Source of the DNA: Octopus vulgaris
Taxonomy: Eukaryota
Reading direction: 5' to 3'
NCBI GenBank assembly: GCA_951406725.2
Contig: OX597815.1
Coordinates: 109,554,001-109,618,000 of the forward strand
DNA length: 64,000 nucleotides
This document shows positions 1-14,257 of this stretch, in pieces. Under the pieces are notes generated by a model. The model saw only the letters and a program-made list of their open reading frames with translations. It was not told where the DNA came from and did not search any database. Within the stretch, counting starts at the first letter, position 1; each line of letters opens with the position of its first letter. The position numbers and the translations under genes were made by a program.

Positions 1-436
1 ATATATAATACATATATAATATATAATTTATATCATATATATGTTTAATATAAAATATATGTAATATATACATATATATAATATTTACATAATATATGTA
101 ATATAAATGTGTATGTATATATGATATATATATATACAATATAATATGTGTATTAAAATATATAATATATATATATGTATGTATATATATATATAAATAT
201 ATATCATATATATATTTAATACATATATAATATATAAAATAAATAATGTATGCTTATATACATGGATAGATATACATACATACATACACACATACATACA
301 CACATACATAGATACATGCATATACACATGCATACACACATACATACATACATACACACATACATACATACATACATACATACATACATACATACATACA
401 TACATGCATACATACATACATACATACATATTTGTC

Positions 437-481
437 AGACATTCCTGGGTCAATCTTTGGTGGAAACATATCTGAATTAAG

Positions 482-485
<4 letters not shown>
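437..485 (+). mobile_element. Short 3'-terminal fragment of the LINE family seen at 34.2 kb
   Basis: GGTCAATCTTTGGTGGAAACATATCTGAATTAAGTTA resembles the reverse complement of 34200-34240 (GGTCCAATCTTTGGTCGAAACATATGTAAGTTA). Confidence 0.5.
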
Positions 486-544
<59 letters not shown>

Positions 545-1253
545 CGTGTGTGTGTTTATAACTTAAAATATTTAATATATATATTTCAATATGTAAATGG
601 TTTCCCTTTATTTTATAAATTCACAGCGTTATACTAATATTATGTGTTTATCACATAAGTGTATATACATAATTTACAGGTATATAATACATATATGTGT
701 TTATATACATGTATGTATACAAACATACGTATATATACCATATGAACATGTTACACATATGTTTTGTGTACATTTAAATATAAAAATTATCTTAGAATTT
801 AATATATTAATACATATACGCACATATACATATATGAATATATGGGTACATATTTAATACCTATATAGTGTGCAAACACGCAAATAAATATTACAAAATA
901 TAATATAATATATTATTAAAAAGTGTATTATATATATGTGTATATGTTTATATATTTGTGCATATATTTGCTTATTTTACTGTAAATAATTTTTTTTTTC
1001 TCACCGTCACACACTCTCTCTTTGTCACAATATCCATATATATATTTATTTATTCATTTATATATATGTAGATATGTGTACACACTCACATATATATATG
1101 AATATATAAATATATATAAGTAAATAAATATATATATATATATATACATACACACATATATATACGCAGATTTACTTTTATACCACATATATTATACATA
1201 TATATTTCTATATAGATGCACATGTGGATATGCAGACACACACTCACACACAC

Positions 1254-1334
<81 letters not shown>

Positions 1335-1604
1335 GTATATTTTTCTACCTGCCTGTGTATGTATGTGTATGTTTTTGTGTATGCGTGTGTGTGTTTGTCA
1401 AATATAGTATCCAGACAGGGACATAAGATTATTTCACGATTCATAATATTTTCCTTACATCAAAAATAATTTTGAGTTCAGCAGAAAGAAACTATTGTCA
1501 CGCCTACCTCTACATGAGCCTAGCGTAAAAGCATGTTTATTGTATGTACGCTTGTGTAAAATAGGTATACATAGGTTATATAAATAAATAACTAAAACGT
1601 TTTA

Positions 1605-1665
<61 letters not shown>

Positions 1666-1705
1666 CTCTCTCTCTCTCTCTATATATATATAAATATAAA
1701 TATAT

Positions 1706-1754
<49 letters not shown>

Positions 1755-1837
1755 TTATTTGAGGGAATAAAATCCAAACTCACATGGAAAAAATTCAATT
1801 TAGAAATACTAAATCAAATTTCACACAATATAATATA

Positions 1838-2096
1838 TATAAAAAAATTAGAAAAAACCCCCACCTTTTATCAATTCAAAATGAACAATTAAATTACACC
1901 ATCTAGAAAATTACATATAATAGAAATATAAACAATAAAAATATAAACGTATATATAGGTATATAGGTTATTACTTAAACATTGACATTTTATTGTTATT
2001 TTAATTTTAATATTTCTATTATATGTAATTTTCTAGATGGTGTAAAATAATTGTTCATTTTGAATTGATAAAAGGTGGGTATTTTTCTAATTTTTT

Positions 2097-2100
<4 letters not shown>
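1838..2100. repeat. Fold-back inverted repeat (~90-bp arms)
   Basis: 1838-1929 is the near-exact reverse complement of 2010-2100; lies between (TA)n and (CA)n tracts. Confidence 0.9.
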
Positions 2101-2168
<68 letters not shown>

Positions 2169-2581
2169 TATATCTATCTGTCAATATCTTTGTGTTTATA
2201 TATACACATTTTCTTCACACTCAAAGATATTTATATATATATATATGTATATGTATGCTCGTAAATATATATATATTTATTCATCTATATATATGTGTGT
2301 ATATATATATCTGTGTGTGTGTGTGTATTTGCCTGTGTATGTGTGTGTGTGTGTACGCGCGTGCGCGTATATCAATGTATGTACGTACCTGTATATAAAC
2401 TGCCTGAATATAAGTTCGAATACGAGTGAAAATATAATCAAATAATTGTAAAAACTTCATGGATGACAGCGGTTTAGAAGTTTAAAAGTTTCATCTTCAC
2501 ATTCAAGTTGTCAGTTGGATGGAGTAAACTTGATATTTGCTGCATACATACATATATACATACATATATACATATATATAT

Positions 2582-2634
<53 letters not shown>

Positions 2635-2675
2635 CATATATATATACATATATATATACATATACACACACACAC

Positions 2676-2733
<58 letters not shown>

Positions 2734-3151
2734 AATACATCCCCAACTTTAAATACAACCCTCGATTCAATAACACCGTGTAGACTAAGAACTGAGGTCG
2801 ATATGATCGACTATTCCCCTTCCCAAAATTTTATATATATGGTCTCTCGCTCAACTACGACCCAAACATTATAATCAAGGCGGTTGAAGTCTATATGTGT
2901 GTATATTTATATACATGCATATACGTATATATATAGATACAGATGCACATACATATGGATATATATATACATATATATATACACATATATACCGATGTAT
3001 ATATATATAAACACACATACACAAACACGCGCATAAATATATATGTATATGAGTGTGTGTGTATGTGTGTGTGTGTTGAACGAATACAATTCATTCTAGC
3101 ATGAATATATTTACTTCAGTCAGTAAACATATATTGCTTACACATTTGTAT

Positions 3152-3194
<43 letters not shown>

Positions 3195-3331
3195 GTGTCT
3201 GTTTGAGTGTGAGCGTGCACGAATGTGCATGTGCGTATGTTTGTGTATTTGTGTGTGTATACCACATAAACAATATATCAAATTAAAACAGATATTGCTT
3301 AGTGTTAATGATTGAGTATACATTCATACGT

Positions 3332-3362
<31 letters not shown>

Positions 3363-3531
3363 AATAAACAGACACATATATATATATGTGTATATGTTAT
3401 AATCATGTATGTATGTCATATACATAATATATATATATACATATGTACTATATATGATATGTATATATGTATATATATAGAGAGAGACATACACACATTA
3501 ACATTCTTATGTAGACATATATGTATATATA

Positions 3532-3590
<59 letters not shown>

Positions 3591-3918
3591 TAGCTATATA
3601 AGCATATTCCACATTATATAGAAATCAATGCCTTTATATACATTAAACAATTTGACAATTTGTATATATTTTTATACAATATATGTATATATACATATAT
3701 ACATATGTATGTATATAAGGAATATCTACATATGTGTATTGATATTTATGTGAATATATAAATACACACACATACACGCATACATACACACAAATGCAAA
3801 CACATATATACGTATATATTCGTATGCGCATATATATATACGGACTCATGAATTTATATGAATACATACACAAATCTATCATTCTCCGTACCTCTCTATG
3901 TATATATATATATCCCTA

Positions 3919-3967
<49 letters not shown>

Positions 3968-4894
3968 ATATATACCTATAATTGTGTGTGTATATATATA
4001 TATATATACATACTTACATAGTTATGCATATATATACATATGCGTATACACTCACACACACACACTCAAACACACATACGTACGTCCCCCCACACACACA
4101 CATACGCACACACCATATGTATGTAGTGTCTTTTCCGTCCTCCTCCGAATGCACGGGTCTTATGTCATATTAACACGAGTATTTTCCTCCGGCAAACCCA
4201 ACAATTGCGCACTAATGACGGTATATCAATACACAGATCGAGGGTCAACCATATTTTCACATCGAGACTGTAAATTTCATTCTGATAATTTAAAGTACAT
4301 AATGTTATAGGTGTATTTCTTATAGCACCGTACCAATATATATGCGTGTGTGTATGTGTGTATGTGTGTATGTGAGTGTGTACGTGTGTATGTGAGTGTG
4401 TACGCGTGTATGTGTGTATACGTACATATATATATATATATATATACATATTTATATATTCATATGTATATCTAAATGTATATACATATACTTATGTATA
4501 TATACATATTTATATATATTTATATGTATATTTTGTATGTATATGATTATACACACATTTATACACATACATATATATATATGTACGTATGTGTGTGTGC
4601 ATGTTTGCGTGTATTATATATGTTTGTGTGTGTATAATATATATACTGATACATATAACACACGCGCGCACACACACATACACCACACACATACACATAT
4701 TATAATAGTGCACTTCTAGAACACTACATACATTTAGTATATCAAGGATTTACTTTTGTATATTTTTTTAGCCGATTTTACACGTAACGATGCGTTTTCC
4801 TTTCCATTTTAATCTACATTATGCAATTTACCTGTTTTTCTACCATTTTTAAGAGGCTATGTCTTTTGGCTACGAGATATAAGCTCGGAAAATT

Positions 4895-4940
4895 GTCGTG
4901 CTGATGAGGAATACTAAAGGCAGAAACACGTGTCTACGAT
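4895..4940 (+). ncRNA. Minimal type-I hammerhead motif, stem II decayed
   Basis: GTCGTG-CTGATGA-(15 nt)-GAAAC-ACGT-GTC-TACGAT; 6-bp stem I, palindromic stem III, GUC site; stem II does not pair well. Confidence 0.55.
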
Positions 4941-5269
4941 TGACCTCTTCTATCAGGCTTATAACGCTGTCCTTTTCTTTAGTGCTCTATAGGCTTTGAA
5001 TAATGCTTGACTCTTGAGATTATCTCCCCTTCAGAACAGAAACCGTTCATAATTGATATTTTCTTATAATGACACATCCCCTAAGGGCAGAAATAATTTT
5101 AATAATGCATGTTGTATGGTCTTTGATATACCTGTATTTGTCTATGTTGTTTAACTACATGACACTGAGCACTCGATTTATTTCTCTCGACTCATTTTTG
5201 AGCAAATAAAGCAGAATCATATGCATCTAAACATTTATTGTTTATATATTTATATACATACATATATAA

Positions 5270-5342
<73 letters not shown>

Positions 5343-5397
5343 TAATAATATATGCATATATATGCATATACTGATAAATAACTATGCTATATGTATA

Positions 5398-5466
<69 letters not shown>

Positions 5467-5617
5467 ATACATACAGATACACACACACACACACATATAT
5501 ATATAGATGTACATGCATATATTCTTTCACTTTTTTGCTTGCTTCAGTCATTTGACGAGAACGTAGACACACCAGCATCGGTTGTCATGCGATGCGGAGA
5601 GACAAACACAGACAATC

Positions 5618-5648
<31 letters not shown>

Positions 5649-5678
5649 TCTATCTATCTATCTATCTATCTATCTGTT

Positions 5679-5740
<62 letters not shown>

Positions 5741-5941
5741 TACATTCATACATGTATACATACATACATGCATGCATACATACATACACACACATACACA
5801 CAAACATATCCATACATTTACAAATATATATACTGCATATACGCGAGGGTCAATTTATAGACACAATGATATAATACAATTTCTTACGTATACAGACAAG
5901 AAAGTATGAAATTGTTGTGTATTACTAATATACATTACGTA

Positions 5942-6248
5942 GTGAAGGTGCGTGGTTTAGTGAGTAGTATGTTCGGTACAACGTCGTGAGTTCAATTCCT
6001 GGCAAATTGTTGTGTGTTTTTTTGCAAGAAAATCGATGTCAACTGGCAAAAAAAAAAAATGGAATTATACCCGTAATTCAAAGAGCCTGCCTTGTCACAT
6101 TCTTTGTTAGGTTGAATCTCCTTGAGAATTCTGTTAGGGGTATGAGTGTCCATGGAGTGCTCAGCCCCTTGCATTCTAATTTCAGAAGCAGGCTCATTCG
6201 CAGAAAGGATCAACCGGAACTCTCGCCGTCGTAACTGACAGAATGCCA
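5942..6248 (+). mobile_element. tRNA-headed SINE, family A (CORE-like body)
   Basis: A-box-like TGGTTTAGTGAG, B-box GAGTTCAATTCC; homologous to copies at 9.8, 15.9, 32.9 and 52.2 kb. Confidence 0.8.
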
Positions 6249-6426
6249 TTGGTTGTGTATTACTATATAAAAAGTTACTTGTCCTGAATACGAAACTCTA
6301 TTGTAGTTGCATAATCGGAGGAGCACTCTCTCTCTCTCACACACACACACACAGACACACACGCACACACACACACACACATGTCTTCATTTACCTGTTG
6401 ATATATGAGTTCCTCTCTGTGTGCTG

Positions 6427-6487
<61 letters not shown>

Positions 6488-6637
6488 CCTTTTCATGTCT
6501 GTTTACACACACACACGCACACACATGTATATTAATTTATGTCTATGCTTATGCATGTGAATATAATGTACATATATATAGGCATAAATGTGTATGCATA
6601 TATGTGGGTGTATATGTATAAGCACATATGTATATAA

Positions 6638-6686
<49 letters not shown>

Positions 6687-6687
<1 letters not shown>

Positions 6688-7082
6688 TAGCAGTATCGCC
6701 CGGCATTGCTCGGGTTTGTAAGGGAAATAACTATATAAGCATGTTTAGAGATGTAAAGTATAATAGCCATCTCAATATGGCTAACCACAAAGGGGGGGTG
6801 TTACTGTAGCTTTTTACGTTCTGAGATTTAATAATAAATTTTTAGAGAGTTACTTCCCTTATATATGCCAAAAATGCATTAAAAATGGGAAAAATTGATG
6901 GTAATTTTTTTTTTAAATCGTAGACTCATCGTAGACGCGCGCTAATACCCTGAAGGGCTCGATATGAATCACGATTATAAGATACCCGGTTTTGGTTAAA
7001 CTGCACCGCAAAATGTGGGAGTAGTTAGGAATCTAAATCGTAGGAGACAGACAGCACACAACCTCACTTTTATATATAAAGA
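6687..7082 (-). mobile_element. Non-autonomous Helitron (396 bp)
   Basis: Minus strand starts TCTTTATATATAAAAG and ends with hairpin ACCCGAGCAATGCCGGGC followed by ...CTAG; inserted between A and T inside (TA)n with no TSD. Confidence 0.9.
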
Positions 7083-7349
7083 TATATATATATATATATA
7101 TGCGTGTGTTTGCATGTTTACATACATGTATATGTGTATCCTTATATATATACACACACTATACACACAAGTATAGATATATTATCCACAAATCATTTCG
7201 TAAGTAATCTCTCTTCTAATGTATATCTGTGTGTATATATATAGGATTATGTGTGAGTCTGTATTTGTGTGTGTGCGTATGTGTGCGTGCGTGTGTGTGT
7301 GCGCCTGTGCATGAGTGAGTGTGTTTGTTTATGAGAGTGCGTATAAGTT

Positions 7350-8860
7350 TAGATACTGGGGTCTTTGAGGAATGGTGTCTTCCACATCATATGCCGATGG
7401 ATTCTAATATATTCCGTAGCTTCCCACATCTTGGATGTCAAACATCTGTGATACTCCTTGGGAACTTCCATTTTCTTTTCTACCACAAGCTTGCTTTACC
7501 TTCATTTCCAATGCTGTCGCTACAACTTACCGGATGCAGCGGTGACCACAACTTACAGGATGCAGCTTTGACCACAACAATTATGCATCAAATCTTGTGT
7601 TAATTTCTACTTTGTTTTCCATTTAGCTCTTGTACCTCTTCCATATGTTTATTAAGCACTTTCTGATTAACCCTCCAGCTTGCATGTCATTTTTCTGTTC
7701 GTATTTCTAATTTCATCTTCAGTCAACTAAATCGTCGTAAATATATCTACAATTCTACAACATACCACATTTCCACGAGACACCGTACTCTGCTCTCCTC
7801 GTGCCTTACACATTCACCATCCTTTTCTTATGCTCACTCCACAATGGCTTGCGAAATCACGTCAACTCAACCATCAGACGAATTATATCAAGTCAATTCA
7901 TGCCACAAACTAACTATTTATAGCTAAATATTCGACGCTGGTAAATGCGGTGAACTGACAGAGTCGTTACCACGCCGGGCAAAATGCTTCACAACATTTC
8001 GCTCGTCTTTAAGTTTTGAGCTCAAGTCCCATCGAGGTCAAATTTACCATCCATTCCTGCGGGATTGATAAAATAGGTACCAGTTGAGCATTGGGGTAGG
8101 TGTAATTGATTTGTCTCCACTCCCAAAATTGCTGGTCTTGTGCCAAAAATTTTAAATCAATATATTTGTTGTTTGTGCTTCCTTCAAATCCATCAAAGCT
8201 GTACGCTCACGAAAAAAATTTTGAAGTTTGGGTGCTGGTTTCGCCTACGTTCATGCGTTATATTTTATAAGAATATTGGGGGAAAGAACTCTGTGCCACA
8301 TGGTTCTGGTTGTAGCATTCACAATGTTTTCTTCAAGCAGTAAGGATAATCCACAAAGAGTTATATCTCTCGGGAAACCACACAAAGGATGACAATTATA
8401 CTTACAACACATAGTCTTCAACCTGGTGGCAATCAGCTGTGCCACACACCTCCCGTACATATTGACCAGAAATGTAGGCATTTTGTACACTGATCTTAAG
8501 TTTCATTTCCTACAAGAGGGACTACAATGGTTTCCTTTATTCAGCAATCATACGTACTGCTGATGCGTCATAGCCTCCCAGTCCTATTGCTTTAGTCATT
8601 CGTTCCTCTCCTCCTGTATGATGAATTTGTCTGGCGACAGTGTCTCACATGCTAGTGATTTTTTTTTTCTGGTGGGATACCCATTTGTTATTTATTGATC
8701 CCAGTACAGTCAATATCTCCTGCAAAATATCAGACTTTACTGCGCTCTTGCAGTTGCTTTTCTTTACTTCTCTGATTTATTCACGTAATATTTCCACGCT
8801 GTTAAAACTATCCTTTGGGCGGCCTCAACAATCTGATTCATTGAAGCGGATTTATATGTC
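7350..8860 (-). pseudogene. Highly decayed non-LTR retrotransposon reverse transcriptase remnant, interrupted by a SINE
   Basis: Minus-strand translations KAIGLGG, TFLVNMYGRCVAQLIATRLKT and LCGFPRD resemble LINE RT motifs (KAPGPDG, ISLLN..GK.....I..RL, QCGFR); boundaries approximate. Confidence 0.45.
7946..8160 (+). mobile_element. SINE family B (decayed)
   Basis: Homologous to the 41020-41250 copy (..GATAAAATAGGTACCAGTTGAGCATTGGGGT..). Confidence 0.75.
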
Positions 8861-8992
8861 ACCAGCCCAATTATGTATGCGTACATGCATGTATGCATAC
8901 AAACTGATATACACAAAATCAAATACGCTCACCTACACGTATTCCGTGCCTGATTTCCTGCCAAAGTTAGAACTTATATACAGTTATTATAA

Positions 8993-9198
8993 GTTGGTGA
9001 ATTAGCAGAGTCGTTAGTACGCCGCACAAAATCCTAAACGACATTTCTTCCGGATTTACGTTCAGAGTTCTAGTTCCACCGACGTCGACTTTACCTTTCG
9101 AAGTCGACGAAATGAGTACTAGTTTAGTACTGGGGGCGATGTAATCGACTAGCCTTCTTCTCCAAAATGTCAGGCTTTGTTGCTATAGAGAAAAGAAT
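8993..9198 (+). mobile_element. SINE family B
   Basis: GCAGAGTCGTTAG..GTCGACTTTACCTTT..GAGTACTAG..GATGTAATCGACT; homologous to other family B copies. Confidence 0.75.
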
Positions 9199-9233
9199 CG
9201 TTATTATTGTTGTTATTATTATTATTATTATTA

Positions 9234-9264
<31 letters not shown>

Positions 9265-9267
<3 letters not shown>

Positions 9268-9658
9268 TGAGAGAGCAGTGCATGGCATATGAAAGTGACA
9301 ATGGGGTAAAATATACGAAGCTCAGTATATCCATCATGACTACCCGTCTGATAAGGGTAGACTAAGCACATGCATCACAACAATATGTGCACGACATGGT
9401 AATTTCATATCAAGATAAACAGTGCATGACCTTGCAGGTGGGGCCCAGTTAGAATTTTCTTCAAGTTGAGTAGCCCATCCTGCTCAAAAGGTCCTTGAAT
9501 AAGGGTTGTTTAAGGACGTTAAACAAAAACACCAATGTTTCCATAGGTGAATTATCCACACCCCAAACAATTTCTCTCTACACATGACTATAATGCTCCC
9601 CCACTGCTTCAGCTCGTAGTTAGAGATGCACATATCGTCAGCCATGTTAAGACATGAG
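9265..9658 (-). mobile_element. Probable dispersed retro-repeat ending in a (TAA)n tail
   Basis: Complex ~390-bp block abutting (TTA)n 9202-9263; single copy in the window, family recognised only from recall. Confidence 0.4.
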
Positions 9659-9802
9659 AGTTGTCTTAACACAGATTTGTTGGTCACCAACATGAGAACA
9701 AAATTATTTCATTTTACCAGAGCGTTCTGCCTATTATATTAAATATACTACGTACTGAAATTCCTAACAACGTGACATGAAAAACTTCGAGTAAGCACGA
9801 TC

Positions 9803-9965
9803 AGCCAAGGCAGGCTCTTTGAATTACGGGTATAACTCCTTTTTTTTTCTTTTTTTTTTTTGCCAGTTGAGTGTACCGCAGGAACGTGACATCGATTTTC
9901 TTGCAAAAAAACACACAACGATTTGCCAGGAATTGAACTCACGACGTTGTACTGAACAGCCATGT
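9803..9965 (-). mobile_element. SINE family A, partial
   Basis: Reverse complement nearly identical to 5976-6094. Confidence 0.8.
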
Positions 9966-10019
9966 GTTATTATCAACTAGCGTATCCCTTTGGGAGTATT
10001 CATTATCTGAAACAACAAC

Positions 10020-10208
10020 AAGGGGAAATTTTGCAGGAGGAGATTAATCGATTACATCGGCCCCAGTGCTTGACTGGTATTTACTTTATCGACCCCGAAA
10101 GGATGAATGATAAAGTCGACCACAGCGGAATTTGAACTCCGAACGTAAGGACAATGAAATGTCGCTAAGCATTTCACCCCTGCGTACTAACGATTCTACC
10201 AGCCCGTC
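10020..10208 (-). mobile_element. SINE family B
   Basis: ATCGACCCCGAAAGGATGAA..GGAATTTGAACTC is the reverse complement of the family B core and B-box. Confidence 0.85.
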
Positions 10209-10585
10209 AATTTCCAAAAAAATTAATTGAAATTATTAATAAGATTGGAAATGACGTTTAGGAGGGAATTCTTGTTGTTAAGACATCCGATAAAAGAAAC
10301 AAATATGTTGTGACATGAAATAAAAAGGGAGCATTTGGTTTTGCGATTATCTTCCTTATATTTGGATGGAAGCATTCTCAACATCACACACTTAATCGAT
10401 GGAAAATACTCGTATCAATTCATTCCCAAGACACTAAACAAGTGACTTGACTTGTGTATTTCGCAACATTCAGTTTTACAATATACCTCATTAGCACTTA
10501 TTACATTTTACAATACAATGATGTATGAGCACAACATATTTATATAAAAATTTGTATCACATTCCTATATAGATACATACATGCA

Positions 10586-10626
<41 letters not shown>

Positions 10627-10729
10627 AATATAAGAGAGTGGTCACTATATGGCTCACTCTAGCACCAGTCACTCTCCAATATATATATTCATACTTACAC
10701 ATACATTTTATTATACGCAGATATATATA

Positions 10730-10944
10730 AGGCATCGAGGTAGCAGAATCGTTTGCACGTTGGTCAAAATGTTTAGCAACATTTCGACCACTTTTACGTT
10801 CCAAGTTAAAATTCAGCCAAGGTCGATTTTGCGTATCATCTTTTCAGAGTCAATAGAATAAGTACCAGGGAAGTGCGGGAGTCGATGTAATCAACTTCCC
10901 CCTCATCTCACAATCTAATGACCCAGTGCCAAAATTTGAAATCA
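10730..10944 (+). mobile_element. SINE family B
   Basis: GCAGAATCGTTTGCACG..AAGTACCAG..GTCGATGTAATCAAC..GTGCCAAAATTTGAAA. Confidence 0.75.
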
Positions 10945-11078
10945 TCACATGTACATAAACATTTACATATATGTCTCTCTCTATATATATACATATATAT
11001 ACATATGTGTATGTACGTATGTATGTATGTCTGTATATAGGTATGTATCTATTTATCTGCCTGTGTATCTATCTATCC

Positions 11079-11111
<33 letters not shown>

Positions 11112-12091
11112 GAGATAGACTGACAGATAGATAGATATTGATATTAGCTCATTTTCTCCAACAGTTTAATAAATGCGCAGCTTGTCTGTGTTAGGAAATT
11201 CAACAGTCTTTGCTTCGCATTATTTGTTTCAGAGGTACACTCGCAAGACCTATAAATACTTCTGAGAAAGTTACAAGACGTTATATATCCTGCACACTCA
11301 TAAACGTACCCGCACACAAATGATTATTGTCACTATGTATGTGTGGGTTCAGGTCGATGTATGCAATTATGATGTAATATTACCTGACTTTGCCATACAG
11401 CTTAAAGATTCAACAACTAATATTCGATAAAGTGCTAAATTAAAATGAAGAATGTGTTCTATATAATCAAATACAAACACTTGAATCAGTGACCTCGAAT
11501 GGCAAAGAGTAAACTCAGAAAACGACAATATATAGCTCAAAATTTGTGAAGAGTTTTCGTAATTAGACCTACTTTCTGTAGGTCAAGGTCTTAATGTACT
11601 TGTTTCTTCGCTTTAGATTTCTGAAGTTATGTGTGCAATGCATATGAATGTATGCATATATGTGTGTATGTATGAACATATATATACGCATAAATATGTG
11701 TGTGTGTGTATGAGTATATAAGCGTATAAATTTCTATGTGTGAGTCTATGCTAATATAATTTCAAAATACACATAGTTATATATATGTGTGTTTGCTTAA
11801 ATACATATATACATACGCATATACATGTGTGCATGTGTGTGTGCGCGCGCGTGTGTTTATGCACGTGTGTGTCAAATATATTTATTACTAAAAAACATCT
11901 AGAATTGGAGGAACTACCAATACATCATATTGCATACCGTACAATGAAATTTGTTTGAATCATGACATACTGGATCTCCGAATCAAGTTGATCTAAGTGT
12001 TATATATATATTTGCTCAAGAGGCCACGCAGCAAGATCGAACTCTCACCGCCTGCAAACCGAGCTTCCAACCATTCGATCATACCTGTTAT

Positions 12092-12537
12092 ATCTTTTAT
12101 CTTTTACTTGATTGAAGACTACGGCCATGCTGGGGCATCACTTTGAAGAATCTTTAGTTGAATGAATCGACTCCAGTACCTAAAATATTTTAAAGCCTGG
12201 TACTTATTTTATCGCCTTCTTTTGCAGGATCGTTATGTATGGGGACGTAAACCCAACAACACTGGTTGTGAAGCAGTGGTGTAGGGCATTCTCAGACACA
12301 AATACGCGCGCACACACACCCAGATACATGTGTGTGCGGGAGTGTGTGTGTATGTGTGTGTGTGTATGTATCTAGGACAGGCTTCTTTCAGTTTTCATCA
12401 TCTAGTTCCACTCACAAGGCCTTGGTTGTCCGAGGCTATAAATGAAAACATTTGCCCAAAGTGCCACGCAATGGGACTGAATACGGAACCGTGTGGCTGG
12501 GAAGCAAAGTTCTTACCGCCAAAGCCACGCCTACGCC
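12092..12537 (-). mobile_element. SINE family C (bipartite, internal microsatellite)
   Basis: Reverse complement of the head GGCGTGGCT..CAGTCCCA..GGCAC..GGGCAA and the tail CCAGCATGGCC. Confidence 0.8.
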
Positions 12538-12847
12538 GATGTGTATATATACATACATGCACATGTGTGTGTGTTTGTGTATGTGTGTGTGAGTGTGTAC
12601 GCGAGAGAGAGACAGAGAGAGAAGAAGGGAGAGGGAGAGAGAGAGCGTTTGTATCAACTAACGATAGGATATTCCATGGTAATCTGGTATATGTTTTCTT
12701 TTTCTAGCAGATATAATTTCTTGGTGGTTCTACTTGTAATGTTTACAAAATATTTGCGGTAGTTTGCTAATCTTCCGTGGAAGTTATTTCGCTTGGCGCT
12801 TTGTTGGGATTATTTACAAACGCGTAACACATATCTTATAAAGAGAC

Positions 12848-13285
12848 TGCAGGCGTGGCTGTGTGGTTAGAAGTTTGCTTTGCAAACAGCATGTTTCCGG
12901 TGTAGTCCCAGTATGTGGTCCCATACCCATTTGTCGATTGGCTTTGGTAGACAGGAACTGAAAGAAGAACGTCATATACACGTATACACACACTCAGATA
13001 TGTATATATATATATATGCATATATATGTATATGTATGTATACATATATGTGTGTATGTGTGGATGTGTGTGTGTGTGTGTGTGCGCGCACACGCTCTTG
13101 TGTGTGTGCAGGTCCCTTACTATCGTTTCACAACCATTGAATGGCTTGTCTACAACAACGTAGCTTACCTGTTCGGCAAAACAGCACGATGGAATGCGTA
13201 CCAACCTTTAAAGTATAAGGATTGGGGTCGATTCGTTTGATTAAAACTCTTTCAGGTGATGACCTCAGACTGAAACAAGTAAAAC
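12848..13285 (+). mobile_element. SINE family C
   Basis: GGCGTGGCTGTGTGGTTAGAAG head, ACTGAAAGAAG, internal (TA)/(TG) tract, GGGGTCGATT..GACTGAAACAAGTAAAA tail. Confidence 0.75.
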
Positions 13286-13286
13286 A

Positions 13287-13370
<84 letters not shown>

Positions 13371-14257
13371 CATACATATACATATATATATGAATATATG
13401 CATATATGTACACACATAGATACACGATACACACAGATTGTATTTGTATATGATAGTGTATGGTGCGTTTGTAGATATCCCTCTGTGCATAACTAAACGA
13501 TGTAGATATGATAGATATATATGTGTATGTGTATATATATATATAAATAGAAAGACAGGTGGACAGATATAGACAGATAGACAGAGCTTGGAAACACAAT
13601 CTCAATTCTAAGGTGATAAACTTCTACAGAAGTAAAAACTTTTACGTGTTTTAAAATTTATAGCATTATTTGGCACATACATGCAGAGACATGCAGACAT
13701 ATATTATTAACACATACACACACGCACACATATTTATAAATATATATGTATATATATATATATATATGTGTGTGTGTGGGTGGGGTATGTATTTCACACA
13801 CAGATAAATACAACACAATACAGATCTAGGTGATCAATTAACGTAAAATATGAGCTAAAGCGGTGTCATTGTCTGGTTTGTTATTCAACTTTGTGCCACC
13901 TGTCACCCTTGTGTTAATAAAGTACGAAACTATTTGCCACTATTTACTTTTCTAAATCGAACAGCTTGCATTATGTGTAAATGTACGTTTAATTTTCTTG
14001 CGTTATTTCAATCGTGGTGATACGTTTGTAAATACGAATAAAAGGAATGTGCTGGCCCTTAGGTTCTACTATATATATATCACAAACACACGCTCACAAC
14101 ACATTCATGTATAAATGCCTATACATACATGCATACATACATACATACATACATACATACATACATACATACATACATACATACATACATACATACATAC
14201 ATACATACATTCATATATATGGAATAATTACTGTGAAGCATTGTGTAGAATATATTG

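Noticed and set aside
13610-13650. GTGATAA-ACTTC-TACA-GAAGT-AAAAAC hammerhead-like shape (similar weak cases near 2490, 4210, 15570 and 33330)
   Set aside because: Too many core mismatches and no convincing stem I or III.
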